Assembly: GCA_964569575.1 (NCBI GenBank) | Contig: CAZMTL010000002.1 | Location: 19,618 to 83,617, forward strand | Length of the DNA: 64,000 nt | Reading direction: 5' to 3' | Source of the DNA: an uncultured Gammaproteobacteria bacterium | GTDB lineage: Bacteria; Patescibacteriota; Patescibacteriia; UBA9934 | In this document: piece by piece, positions 1 to 8,407 of the stretch | How positions within the stretch are numbered: the first letter of the stretch is position 1 | Layout: each line of letters opens with the position of its first letter | Notes under the pieces: model-generated | Seen by the model: the letters and a program-made list of their open reading frames with translations, nothing else | Told to the model about the DNA's origin: nothing | Databases searched by the model: none | Position numbers and translations under genes: made by a program

Positions 1-408
1 TGCAAGGTGTTCCTTGAATCCGATGTTGAAATTACCTGCCGAATCTACAGCCGATTCTGGAATTCCACGAAAATCTCGAACACGAGGGAAAACGATATTC
101 ACCAACTTATCAAGAAAGCTCCACATTCGTTCGTTACGCAATGTAACCATTGCACCAACGGTCATACCTTGTCGAATCTTGAATCCCGCTTCAGATTTTC
201 GAGCCTTTGTAGCAACAGGCTTTTGACCTGTAATCTTTTGCAAAGTTTCGAGGATGACTTCAATAAATTTTGGATCACGCTTTGTGTTCAATCCTGAATT
301 GATCACAATCTTCTCAATTCGAGGAACAGCGTGAACGTTCTTACCTTCCATCAATTTTTGCAATTGAGGAAGTACTTCCTTTTTATACTTTTGTTTAATA
401 TTCGTCAT
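1..408 (-). CDS. rplE: 50S ribosomal protein L5 (uL5), N-terminal part; gene runs off the window start
   Basis: Minus-strand frame open to position 1 with ATG at about 408-406. Hand translation MTNIKQKYKKEVLPQLQKLMEGKNVHAVPRIEKIVINSGL...GMTVGAMVTLR is uL5-like. Sits directly after rplX as in the spc operon. Confidence 0.85.
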   Translation of the reverse strand, partial: MTNIKQKYKKEVLPQLQKLMEGKNVHAVPRIEKIVINSGLNTKRDPKFIEVILETLQKITGQKPVATKARKSEAGFKIRQGMTVGAMVTLRNERMWSFLDKLVNIVFPRVRDFRGIPESAVDSAGNFNIGFKEHLA

Positions 409-409
409 A

Positions 410-727
410 CTACTCTAAATCTTCGCGACCTTTTTTTGTTTTTAGTGTTCTGACCTTTTTTGTCGAACCGTTCTTTTCGATATGCTTATATCCTACTCGG
501 CCTCGCTCTTCACCTTTCATGACCTGTACATTTGAAACATGAACCGGTGCACTATATTCCACTTTTTGACCAGCTTGATTTCCAGATCGTTTCACGTGCT
601 TCAAAGCCTTATTCAAACCTTCAACAACGATTTTATCCATCTTCGCAAGTACCTGAGCTACCTTTCCGCTTTTTCCCTTATCTTTTCCTGAAATAATCAG
701 TACTTTATCTCCAACTTTTATTTTCAT
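410..727 (-). CDS. rplX: 50S ribosomal protein L24 (uL24)
   Basis: 105-aa KOW-type protein MKIKVGDKVLIISGKDKGK...; position between rplN and rplE. Confidence 0.9.
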   Translation of the reverse strand: MKIKVGDKVLIISGKDKGKSGKVAQVLAKMDKIVVEGLNKALKHVKRSGNQAGQKVEYSAPVHVSNVQVMKGEERGRVGYKHIEKNGSTKKVRTLKTKKGREDLE

Positions 728-738
728 ATAGTAGTTGA

Positions 739-1092
739 TTAAAGCACCTCGGGAGCGAGGGAAACTATTTTAGTAAAACCAGCACTTCGCAATTCTCGAG
801 CAACCGGTCCAAAGATACGCGTTCCTTTTGGTTCCTTCGAATTTCGGTCGATAATAACTCCTGCATTTTCGTTAAAACGAATGTATGTACCATCTGCTCG
901 TCGAGTTTCTTTCTGCGTACGAACAATCACAACGTGTACAACGTCGCTTTTCTTAACGGCCCCGTGAGGTGAAGCTTCCTTCACAACAGCGGTAACAATA
1001 TCAGCAATACGCCCGTAACGCTTCTGATAACCACCAAGTACTCGAATAACCTGAAGTTTTTTCGCTCCAGTGTTGTCCGCCACTTTAATCAT
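739..1092 (-). CDS. rplN: 50S ribosomal protein L14 (uL14)
   Basis: [12 protein letters not shown]...FGPVARELR typical uL14. Track ORF begins 18 nt upstream (MLQHRS, likely alt-start artefact); I place the start at the MIKV ATG. Confidence 0.9.
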   Translation of the reverse strand: MIKVADNTGAKKLQVIRVLGGYQKRYGRIADIVTAVVKEASPHGAVKKSDVVHVVIVRTQKETRRADGTYIRFNENAGVIIDRNSKEPKGTRIFGPVARELRSAGFTKIVSLAPEVL

Positions 1093-1111
1093 TGATCGAT
1101 GTTGCAACATA

Positions 1112-1369
1112 TTATTTTACCTTAGTGACAACGCGCCAATTTTTCGTCTTAGAATATGGACGAGTTTCTTCGATGGTAACAACGTCACCAATTTGAAATT
1201 GATTCTGCTCGTCATGAGCCTTGTACTTCTGACTTACCTTGAAGCGCTTCAAATACTTCGAGTGTATTACCGTGCGATCAACTCGAACAACAACGGTTTT
1301 ATCCATCTTGTTCGAAACAACTTCTCCTTGAAGCTGTCGTCGCTTTGACTGTGTGTTTTTCTCGGTCAT
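1112..1369 (-). CDS. rpsQ: 30S ribosomal protein S17 (uS17)
   Basis: 85 aa; ...[20 protein letters not shown]... OB-fold S17 pattern; operon position after rpmC. Confidence 0.9.
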   Translation of the reverse strand: MTEKNTQSKRRQLQGEVVSNKMDKTVVVRVDRTVIHSKYLKRFKVSQKYKAHDEQNQFQIGDVVTIEETRPYSKTKNWRVVTKVK

Positions 1370-1371
1370 AA

Positions 1372-1581
1372 CTATGAATTATTTACAGACTCTTCTTGTG
1401 TTAAGTCATTCAACTTCGTCAACATGCGCGCAATGTCTTTCTTGGCTGCACGCAACGATCGTACATTTTTCAACTGTCCAACGGACATTTTAAGCTTCAA
1501 ATCGTACAAACTTCCCCGAGCTTCCGCGATCATTTTTTCTAATTCCTTCGCGCTTTTTTTCTCTAAATCTTTATAGTTCAT
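1372..1581 (-). CDS. rpmC: 50S ribosomal protein L29 (uL29)
   Basis: 69-aa helical protein, [26 protein letters not shown]; position between rplP and rpsQ. Confidence 0.85.
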   Translation of the reverse strand: MNYKDLEKKSAKELEKMIAEARGSLYDLKLKMSVGQLKNVRSLRAAKKDIARMLTKLNDLTQEESVNNS

Positions 1582-1592
1582 AAGAGTATATA

Positions 1593-2003
1593 TTAGCGTG
1601 AAACAACTTTTGTCTTACAAGGAAGCTTGTGAGAAGCAAGTCGCAGCGCTTCACGCGCAACTGTTTCATCAACTCCATCGATTTCGAACATAACTGTTCC
1701 TGCTCTAACCGGAGTCATGTAGTAATCAACTCCTCCCTTTCCTTTACCCATCGGAGCTTCCGCACCGTGAGAAGTAACTGGATGTTGTGGGAAAATACGA
1801 ACCCAGATCTTTCCACCACGCTTGATCGATCGAGTCATCGCTCGTCGAGCAGCTTCGATTTGTCGAGCAGTAATCCATGATTCAGTAAGCGCCTTTAGTC
1901 CAAAGGAACCGAATGCTACTTCAATTTTTCGCCCGGCAACACGATCACCCTTGGTGCGTCGTTTATGCCACTTGCGATATTTCATTTTTTTCGGGATCAA
2001 CAT
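1593..2003 (-). CDS. rplP: 50S ribosomal protein L16 (uL16)
   Basis: MLIPKKMKYRKWHKRRTKG...GKGKGGVDYYMTPVRAGTVMFEI is uL16 signature. Start placed at the MLIPKK ATG rather than the track start at 2015. Confidence 0.9.
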   Translation of the reverse strand: MLIPKKMKYRKWHKRRTKGDRVAGRKIEVAFGSFGLKALTESWITARQIEAARRAMTRSIKRGGKIWVRIFPQHPVTSHGAEAPMGKGKGGVDYYMTPVRAGTVMFEIDGVDETVAREALRLASHKLPCKTKVVSR

Positions 2004-2025
2004 ATAGTGCGTCAATCAATTTTCC

Positions 2026-2727
2026 TTAGTTAAAACGCTTTCGCTTCACCTGTCGACTTTCTGCAGAAGCACTTACCTCTTCTTTTCCTTCAAATACCTC
2101 TCCTCGGTACACCCAAACCTTAATTCCGATCGCTCCGTAAATAGTTCTTGCTGTTACACGAGAGAAGTTTACGTCTGCACGAAGATTGTGCAGAGGAATG
2201 CTGCCGCGAGAAATAATTTCGCGTCGTGCAATTTCTGCTCCGTTCAATCGTCCAGAAAGACAAATCTTCACTCCCTTCGCGCCGGCCTTCATCACCTTTT
2301 CCGCAGACATCTTCATCGAACGTCGGAAAGGCATACGCTTTTCAATTTCGGCAGCAATTTGCAAACCAACAATACGAGCAGAAAGCGCTGGATTAGCAAC
2401 TTCCTTAATGTTGATGTTCAAAACAACACGTCGACCTCGGTAAAAAGTTTTTTGAATTTTCTTCTTCAACTCTTCAATTCCAGCTCCTTGCCGACCAATA
2501 ATGAATCCAGGCTTTCCAGATTCAATGGTGATTGTAACGTCATTCGAATTACGATCAATTAGAACTGAATCAACACTTGCTTCACGTAATTCTTGCAATA
2601 AAAATTCTCGAAGACGAACATCGTCGCGAAGAAACGGAATATAATCTTTCGCCTTAGCAAACCACTTAGAATCCCAAGTGTAGATTGTTTGTAATCGAAA
2701 CAGTTTTGGATGAATTTTATTTCCCAT
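2026..2727 (-). CDS. rpsC: 30S ribosomal protein S3 (uS3)
   Basis: 233 aa with KH-like GKPGFIIGRQGAGIEELKKKI and an S3 C-terminal domain. Confidence 0.92.
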   Translation of the reverse strand: MGNKIHPKLFRLQTIYTWDSKWFAKAKDYIPFLRDDVRLREFLLQELREASVDSVLIDRNSNDVTITIESGKPGFIIGRQGAGIEELKKKIQKTFYRGRRVVLNINIKEVANPALSARIVGLQIAAEIEKRMPFRRSMKMSAEKVMKAGAKGVKICLSGRLNGAEIARREIISRGSIPLHNLRADVNFSRVTARTIYGAIGIKVWVYRGEVFEGKEEVSASAESRQVKRKRFN

Positions 2728-2731
2728 AGGA

Positions 2732-3136
2732 TTATTTGGTTGCTTTTGAAGTCTTCTTCGTCGAAACTTTCGCCTTTACTGCATCATCTTCCTTTGCAGA
2801 AACACCTTTTGGCGCTACTTCAATCGTAATGTGCGACATTCGCTTTCGAATAGGCGTTGCTCGACCCTGTGCACGAGGCATAACTCGGTGCATTGTAGGA
2901 CCTTCGTCAACGTACGCTGTTTCAACAACGAAATTTGTCGTATCAAGATTAAAGTTATTCTGCGCGTTAGCGATAGCAGAATTAAGAACTTTCAATACAG
3001 GTTTAGCTGCTGCTTTTGCAGAAAACTGAAGCTGGCGTTGCGCGGCAACGATCGGAAGTCCTCGTACTAGATCAACAACAAGTCGAACCTTTCGAGGCGA
3101 CATGTGTATGAATTTTGCTGTAGCTCTTACATTCAT
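2732..3136 (-). CDS. rplV: 50S ribosomal protein L22 (uL22)
   Basis: 134 aa; MNVRATAKFIHMSPRKVRLVVDLVRG...ITIEVAP matches uL22; extra K-rich C-terminal tail. Confidence 0.9.
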   Translation of the reverse strand: MNVRATAKFIHMSPRKVRLVVDLVRGLPIVAAQRQLQFSAKAAAKPVLKVLNSAIANAQNNFNLDTTNFVVETAYVDEGPTMHRVMPRAQGRATPIRKRMSHITIEVAPKGVSAKEDDAVKAKVSTKKTSKATK

Positions 3137-3152
3137 ATAAATATTTCTCTAA

Positions 3153-3440
3153 CTACGCTTTCTTTACAACAGCCACTTCAGCAACCTTTCCACCATGACG
3201 TGAAAAGCGACGAGTTGGCGCAAACTCACCCAACTTGTGACCCACCATGTTTTCCACAATCTTTACCTGCACAAAATCTTTTCCATTGTGCACAGCAAAT
3301 GTGAAACCAACCATTTGTGGAGTAATTGTAGACGATCGCGCCCAAGTCTTAACAACAGTTTTGTCGCCAGCCTTTAGCTTGTCTACTTTTTTCGCCAAAT
3401 TTTCATCGATGTATGGTCCTTTTTTCAAACTTCGAGACAT
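3153..3440 (-). CDS. rpsS: 30S ribosomal protein S19 (uS19)
   Basis: [19 protein letters not shown]...[17 protein letters not shown] is near-universal S19 sequence. Confidence 0.95.
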   Translation of the reverse strand: MSRSLKKGPYIDENLAKKVDKLKAGDKTVVKTWARSSTITPQMVGFTFAVHNGKDFVQVKIVENMVGHKLGEFAPTRRFSRHGGKVAEVAVVKKA

Positions 3441-3450
3441 AGACTAGATG

Positions 3451-4278
3451 TTACTTTCTTCGACCTTTTAGAATAAATTTATCTGAAGGCTTTTTCTTTC
3501 GTGTCTTCACACCAAGGGCCTTCTTACCTGTAGGAGTCTTTGGACTCTTCAAACCAATCGCGTTTCGTCCTTCTCCTCCTCCGTGAGGGTGATCAACTGG
3601 GTTCATCGCCTTACCTCGAACGGTTGGGCGAATACTTCGGTGTCGCGTACGACCCGCTTTACCCCATCGAATCAATCGCCAATCAGGATTTGAAACGTTT
3701 CCAATAGTTGCCATGCAGGTCTTTTGAACCATTCGCATTTCTCCAGAAGGAAGACGCACAGTTGCTCGATCTCCTTCTACAGCGAGCAATGTAGCGCTCG
3801 TTCCCGCCCCTCGAACAATCTGCGCTCCAGCTCCAGGCTGAAGTTCGATTGCATAAATAGGCATTCCTGGAGGAATTACTTCTAGAGGGAAACGGTTTCC
3901 TGGATCAGGTTCACCTTTCTTCTTCGAAGCAACAACCACGCTACCAACCTTCATTCCTTGCGCAGCGAGGATATAACGCTTTTCACCGTCAGCGTAAGTA
4001 ACAAGAGCGATACGTGCTCCACGATTTGGATCGTATTCGATCGTTTGAACAGTCGCAGGAATATCCATCTTTTCTCGCTTCCAATCGATTACACGAATAT
4101 GACGCTTCGCTCCACCCCCTCGGTGACGCACAGCAATCTTTCCACCAGACCGTCCAGCCTGTTGCTTCTTGCTTACAATTAATTTTTTGTATCCACTCTT
4201 CGCAGTAACGTCATCGAATGTTTGTACACTCGAATTTCGTCGCCCTGCAGATGTTGGTTTGTAGATTCTGATTCCCAT
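3451..4278 (-). CDS. rplB: 50S ribosomal protein L2 (uL2)
   Basis: 275 aa; ...GGGAKRHIRVIDWKREK...HPHGGGEGR... L2 motifs. Confidence 0.95.
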   Translation of the reverse strand: MGIRIYKPTSAGRRNSSVQTFDDVTAKSGYKKLIVSKKQQAGRSGGKIAVRHRGGGAKRHIRVIDWKREKMDIPATVQTIEYDPNRGARIALVTYADGEKRYILAAQGMKVGSVVVASKKKGEPDPGNRFPLEVIPPGMPIYAIELQPGAGAQIVRGAGTSATLLAVEGDRATVRLPSGEMRMVQKTCMATIGNVSNPDWRLIRWGKAGRTRHRSIRPTVRGKAMNPVDHPHGGGEGRNAIGLKSPKTPTGKKALGVKTRKKKPSDKFILKGRRK

Positions 4279-4281
4279 ATA

Positions 4282-4695
4282 TTAAACGCCTTCAAAAACA
4301 TCAACACGAGTTCCCTTTGGAAGGGTAATCAATGCCTTTTTATAATCTTTCGACTTTCCTGAAACTTTCCCAAATCGCATTTGCGCTCCACGTACTTTGA
4401 TAAAGTTCACCTTTGTAGGAGTTACTTTATAAAGTTCTCGGAAGGCATTACGAACCTCTACCTTGTTAGCACCGATGGCAACTTGAAATACAAGTACTCC
4501 TGCATCAGATAGCTTCGCTGCTTTTTCAGAAACAACAGGGCTGTAGAGAGTGTTTACAACTTTCTTCGAAAGTGAAAAGACTTTCTTTTCTTTCGCAGCA
4601 GCTGCCTTTTTCTTAGCAGCTGGTTTCTTCACGGTCTTTTCTGATTTTTCAGAAGCTTTAGTCGTCGTTTTCTTTTTTCGATCTAGAATGCTCAT
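4282..4695 (-). CDS. rplW: 50S ribosomal protein L23 (uL23) with about 40-aa Lys/Ala-rich N-terminal extension
   Basis: C-terminal 95 aa (VVNTLYSPVVSEKAAKL...ITLPKGTRVD) is uL23. N-terminal KKKTTTKASEKSEKTVKKPAAKKKAAAAKEKK is low-complexity extension. Confidence 0.85.
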   Translation of the reverse strand: MSILDRKKKTTTKASEKSEKTVKKPAAKKKAAAAKEKKVFSLSKKVVNTLYSPVVSEKAAKLSDAGVLVFQVAIGANKVEVRNAFRELYKVTPTKVNFIKVRGAQMRFGKVSGKSKDYKKALITLPKGTRVDVFEGV

Positions 4696-4700
4696 ATAGA

Positions 4701-5330
4701 CTACTTAGAATATTGATCAATAAGTAAATCCAATGCGGCCTTCGTAAGAACAAGATATTGGAATTTAACCACATCTCGAACGTTCAAACTCTTTACAGAA
4801 ACCGCGTCAGTTTTCTCCAAATTACGAATCGCTTTCTTCAAACCAGCTTGTTCAGGCGCCGCTACGAACAAAACATTCGAATTTTCAACCGGCAACATTC
4901 CTCGCAAAGCTTTGATGTCCTTAGTCTTCACGACCGCGTCAGTCAAATCTTCAACAACAATAAACTTTTGATCGTTTACCTTGTCTGTCAAAGCCATCAT
5001 CAATGCCTTTGTCTTTGCTTTTTTGTTAATCTTTTTTCCAAACACTCGAGCAGCAATTGGACCGAACGTAATACCTCCACCGATCCAGATAGGTGAACGT
5101 CGAGAACCGTGTCGAGCACGTCCTGTTCCCTTCTGTTTCCATGGCTTCTTTCCAGTTCCCGCAACTTCTGAACGATCTTTTGTTTGCGCGTATCGAACAC
5201 GGCTATTTGCTTCTTGAGTCAAAATAGCTTCATGAACAATACCAGGGTTGATTGTCACAGCGAACAAAGACTCAGGAAGAGTAATCTTCCCGCCTTTTTC
5301 ACCGTTCATTTTGTACATGGTTAATTCCAT
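4701..5330 (-). CDS. rplD: 50S ribosomal protein L4 (uL4)
   Basis: 209 aa; ...GTGKKPWKQKGTGRARHGSRRSPIWIGGGITFGP... uL4 signature. Confidence 0.93.
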   Translation of the reverse strand: MELTMYKMNGEKGGKITLPESLFAVTINPGIVHEAILTQEANSRVRYAQTKDRSEVAGTGKKPWKQKGTGRARHGSRRSPIWIGGGITFGPIAARVFGKKINKKAKTKALMMALTDKVNDQKFIVVEDLTDAVVKTKDIKALRGMLPVENSNVLFVAAPEQAGLKKAIRNLEKTDAVSVKSLNVRDVVKFQYLVLTKAALDLLIDQYSK

Positions 5331-5941
5331 ATATTTCCTTCAGTTGATGTCAGAACTACGAAACCTCCTCGGCTACCTGGAACTGCTCCCTTGATAGCAA
5401 TAATGTTTTCCTCTTTATTAACTTGAACGACTTCCAAATTCTTTACCGTCACACGATCTCCTCCCATGCGACCTCCCATGCGAATTCCTTTAAATACTCG
5501 CTGCGGACCTCCGGCTCCGATAGAACCAGGCATACGCAATTGGTCTTTGTGACCGTGAGTCGCAGGACTTCCGCTAAATCCATGTCGTTTAACAACACCC
5601 TGGAAACCTTTTCCTTTAGATGTTCCAACTACATCGATCGCTTCACCTGTTTCGAATAATGATGCATCAATAACCGCACCACGTTCTAAATTGATTCCTT
5701 CAGGCATTGGGAATTCTCGGGTATGAGAAAATGCACCCAATTCCTTCCAGTCTCCAGCCTGAGCTTTCGCTACATGCTTTTTCGTTCCAAATCCAATAAC
5801 AACCGTATTTACGCCTGCTGGATTTGTTTTCACAGCCGTAACGGTACAAGGCCCCGCCTGTACTAAGGTAACTGGTACAACTGTACCGTCATCCTTAAAT
5901 ACCTGCGTCATTTCAAGTTTCTTTCCTAGGAGGAATTTCAT
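5321..5941 (-). CDS. rplC: 50S ribosomal protein L3 (uL3)
   Basis: MKFLLGKKLEMTQVF...GKGFQGVVKRHGF...; overlaps rplD by 10 nt. Confidence 0.93.
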   Translation of the reverse strand: MKFLLGKKLEMTQVFKDDGTVVPVTLVQAGPCTVTAVKTNPAGVNTVVIGFGTKKHVAKAQAGDWKELGAFSHTREFPMPEGINLERGAVIDASLFETGEAIDVVGTSKGKGFQGVVKRHGFSGSPATHGHKDQLRMPGSIGAGGPQRVFKGIRMGGRMGGDRVTVKNLEVVQVNKEENIIAIKGAVPGSRGGFVVLTSTEGNIWN

Positions 5942-6217
5942 AGAGGAAGATTATCTTCTTATATATCTGGCATCAAAAAAACCAGAAGTCGTAACGCGTT
6001 TTTAAACACGAAACAGCTTCTAGTCCCTAAGCACTCCTTAAGCTTTGGGTTGATTGTTTGAGTAAAAGAGTCCTTTCGCTGTTGCTCAATCTATCGACAA
6101 GAAGGTTTTCCAATGGATCTATCTTCTTAGTAAATCGAGAAACGATTGTTGCGAACTCAGAAAAGTACCTATCAAGATGCTTTTTTGAATTCACAACTCC
6201 TCCTAATTAACTGTGAA

Positions 6218-6550
6218 TTACATTTTAATTTCGATGTCCACACCTGCTGGAAGATTCAATGTCATAAGGGCATCGATCGTTCCTTCGCTTGGACCAAGTA
6301 TGTCAATAAGACGCTTGTGAATACGCATCTCGTACTGATCTCGAGATTTCTTGTGAACGAATGTTGATCGGTTCACGGTGTACTTTCTCTTTTCAGTAGG
6401 AAGCGGCATAGGACCGACAACCTTCGCGCCAGTGCGTTCAGCGGTTTTAATAATCGTCTGTGTAGCAGTGTCGATTATTTTGTGGTCATACGCTCGAATC
6501 TTAATTCGAATTCGTTGCTTTACTTCTTCTTTCACGTCTGTTTTTGCCAT
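6218..6550 (-). CDS. rpsJ: 30S ribosomal protein S10 (uS10)
   Basis: 110 aa; ...[14 protein letters not shown]...[17 protein letters not shown]... S10 signature. Confidence 0.93.
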   Translation of the reverse strand: MAKTDVKEEVKQRIRIKIRAYDHKIIDTATQTIIKTAERTGAKVVGPMPLPTEKRKYTVNRSTFVHKKSRDQYEMRIHKRLIDILGPSEGTIDALMTLNLPAGVDIEIKM

Positions 6551-6565
6551 ATAAGGTACGAAATC

Positions 6566-6600
6566 AAGAAAGGAAAAGGCTCAAAAGCCTTTTCCTTGCT
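6566..6600 (-). terminator. Stem-loop between tuf and rpsJ (likely tuf terminator/attenuator preceding the S10 operon)
   Basis: aggaaaaggc-tcaaaa-gccttttcct inverted repeat (10-bp stem). On the minus-strand transcript it is followed by uucuugauuucg, immediately 3' of the tuf stop. Confidence 0.55.
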
Positions 6601-6607
6601 TTGAAAT

Positions 6608-7801
6608 TTATTCAATAATCTTTGTTACAACTCCTGCTCCAACTGTTCGTCCACCCTCTCGGATAGCGAATCGCATCTTTTCTTCCATAGCTACAGGCTG
6701 AATCAACTGAATAGTTGCGTTCACTGTATCTCCTGGCATAACCATTTCAGTTCCAGCTGGAAGTTCAGCAACATCACCAGTTACGTCAGTAGTTCGGATG
6801 AAGAACTGAGGCTTGTATCCCTTGAAGAACGGCTTGTGTCGTCCACCTTCTTCCTTTGTAAGAGCGTACATTTCAGCTTCAAACTTTGTGTGAGGCTTTA
6901 CTGTTCCAGGCGCTGCCAAAACCATACCACGTTCAACGTCGTCTTTCTTCAAACCACGAAGAAGTAGACCAGCGTTATCTCCAGCCATACCCTTGTCAAG
7001 GTTCTTGTTGAACATTTCGATTCCAGTCACAACGCTCTTCTGAGTGTCGCGCAAACCAACAACTTCAATTTCATCGTTCAAGTTAATCATTCCACGTTCA
7101 ATACGACCAGTAACAACTGTTCCACGTCCTTCAATAGAAAACACGTCTTCAACTGGCATCAAGAAAGTCTTATCAGTATCTCGAACTGGCTGAGGGATGT
7201 ATTCATCCAATTTCTTCAACAATTCCTTTACCGGACCTGCAGCTGCGTCATCTGAAGGATTTTCAAGTGCTTTAAGAGCTGATCCACGAATTACTGGAAT
7301 TTCATCTCCTGGGAAATCGTACTTCTTCAACAAGTCTCGTACTTCTTCTTCTACAAGATCAATCAATTCTGGATCATCAACCATGTCAACTTTGTTCAAG
7401 AAAACAGTGATTGCTGGAACACCTACCTGCTTAGCAAGAAGGATGTGCTCTCGAGTTTGAGGCATTGGACCATCAGCAGCAGAAACAACAAGGATAGCTC
7501 CGTCCATCTGAGCGGCACCAGTGATCATGTTCTTAACGTAGTCAGCGTGTCCTGGACAATCAACGTGCGCGTAGTGACGTGCATCAGTTTCGTATTCACA
7601 GTGAGCTGTCGCGATAGTGATACCACGAGATCGAGATTCTGGAGCTTTGTCCAAATCTTCAATACCTTTCTTTTGTGCATTTCCACCAGCCGCACTTGTA
7701 ACTGCAAGTAAAGCCGCTGTTAGAGTGGTTTTTCCGTGGTCGACGTGACCAATAGTTCCCACGTTTACGTGTGGCTTGCTTCGATCAAATTGTTCTGCCA
7801 T
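6608..7801 (-). CDS. tuf: Elongation factor Tu
   Basis: 397 aa; [22 protein letters not shown]-motifs and canonical EF-Tu domains II/III. Confidence 0.97.
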   Translation of the reverse strand: MAEQFDRSKPHVNVGTIGHVDHGKTTLTAALLAVTSAAGGNAQKKGIEDLDKAPESRSRGITIATAHCEYETDARHYAHVDCPGHADYVKNMITGAAQMDGAILVVSAADGPMPQTREHILLAKQVGVPAITVFLNKVDMVDDPELIDLVEEEVRDLLKKYDFPGDEIPVIRGSALKALENPSDDAAAGPVKELLKKLDEYIPQPVRDTDKTFLMPVEDVFSIEGRGTVVTGRIERGMINLNDEIEVVGLRDTQKSVVTGIEMFNKNLDKGMAGDNAGLLLRGLKKDDVERGMVLAAPGTVKPHTKFEAEMYALTKEEGGRHKPFFKGYKPQFFIRTTDVTGDVAELPAGTEMVMPGDTVNATIQLIQPVAMEEKMRFAIREGGRTVGAGVVTKIIE

Positions 7802-7858
7802 ATGAATTGATTAATTTGTTGGGCAATTGCCCTTTTAAACATTAGTTTAAGTGCCAGG

Positions 7859-7887
7859 AGTATAACAAACATTGAAAAATCTTGCAA
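7859..7887 (-). promoter_or_regulatory. Putative sigma70-type promoter for tuf (TTGCAA-N17-TATACT on minus strand), with a 12-bp perfect palindrome GGGCAATTGCCC in the 5' UTR (7821-7832)
   Basis: Read directly: minus-strand ttgcaagatttttcaatgtttgttatact about 55 nt upstream of the tuf ATG. Palindrome lies between putative TSS and start codon. Confidence 0.45.
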
Positions 7888-7972
7888 GTCATACTGTGTA
7901 TTCCTAAATCTCTTCTAAACCTACCTCCAAAAACCACTAAATGAACATGGGAATTTTTGCTGAGAAAAGCAA

Positions 7973-8341
7973 TTATTCAATAGGTTCAAGGTAAAAACGC
8001 TCCTCTATCCCTTGAGCAGGAACCTGCTCAGACTGAACTTCAGGAACATTCACCGACGAAGACGGTTCCGGAAGATCTGTTTCGGTAGGCAAATCCACCA
8101 ATTCCGACAATACCTCTTCCTCGCTAACTCCTTCGTTCCAAACCTCTTCTTGAGCGATCGAGGGCGAGCTCACCGAACTCGCGTCAGATTCACCTACCGA
8201 AACAAAGTCATCTACCAACATTTCATACTTTTCAACCGGCAAAATGACAACCGATTTTACCATGTTTTCACCAGCAATAATCAGTGTATCACCTGTTTTT
8301 TGCGACAGTTTTAACAGTCGATTCAATTCGTTCTCATTCAT
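7973..8341 (-). CDS. Small acidic protein with Phd/YefM-antitoxin-like N-terminal segment, inserted between fusA and tuf
   Basis: GDTLIIAGENMVKSVVILPVEKYEMLVDDF resembles the YefM/Phd N-terminal fold motif. C-terminal 70 aa is low-complexity S/E/V/P-rich acidic. Track ORF starts at a TTG at 8377; I prefer the ATG (MNENEL) at 8341. Confidence 0.4.
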   Translation of the reverse strand: MNENELNRLLKLSQKTGDTLIIAGENMVKSVVILPVEKYEMLVDDFVSVGESDASSVSSPSIAQEEVWNEGVSEEEVLSELVDLPTETDLPEPSSSVNVPEVQSEQVPAQGIEERFYLEPIE

Positions 8342-8378
8342 ATGAAAACATCTTAACGTTTTTTTTACTTCGGTCAAG

Positions 8379-8407
8379 AAAATAACAGGGAATTTCCCTG
8401 TTATTTT
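8379..8407 (-). terminator. Near-perfect 13-bp palindromic hairpin immediately 3' of the fusA stop
   Basis: aaaataacaggga-at-ttccctgttatttt; both arms end in A/T tracts (bidirectional-terminator-like). Confidence 0.5.

Noticed and set aside
1629-3447. Plus-strand ORFs (for example 1629-1880, 2188-2562, 2736-3029, 3247-3447) overlapping the ribosomal protein genes
   Set aside because: All lie antisense within strongly supported r-protein CDSs; translations are low-complexity with no motifs. Shadow ORFs.
6146-6367. 73-aa plus-strand ORF spanning the rpsJ-rplC spacer and rpsJ 3' end
   Set aside because: Antisense to rpsJ for half its length, no SD. The minus-strand GTG small ORF with AGGAGG is the more plausible coding candidate, if anything is coding there.
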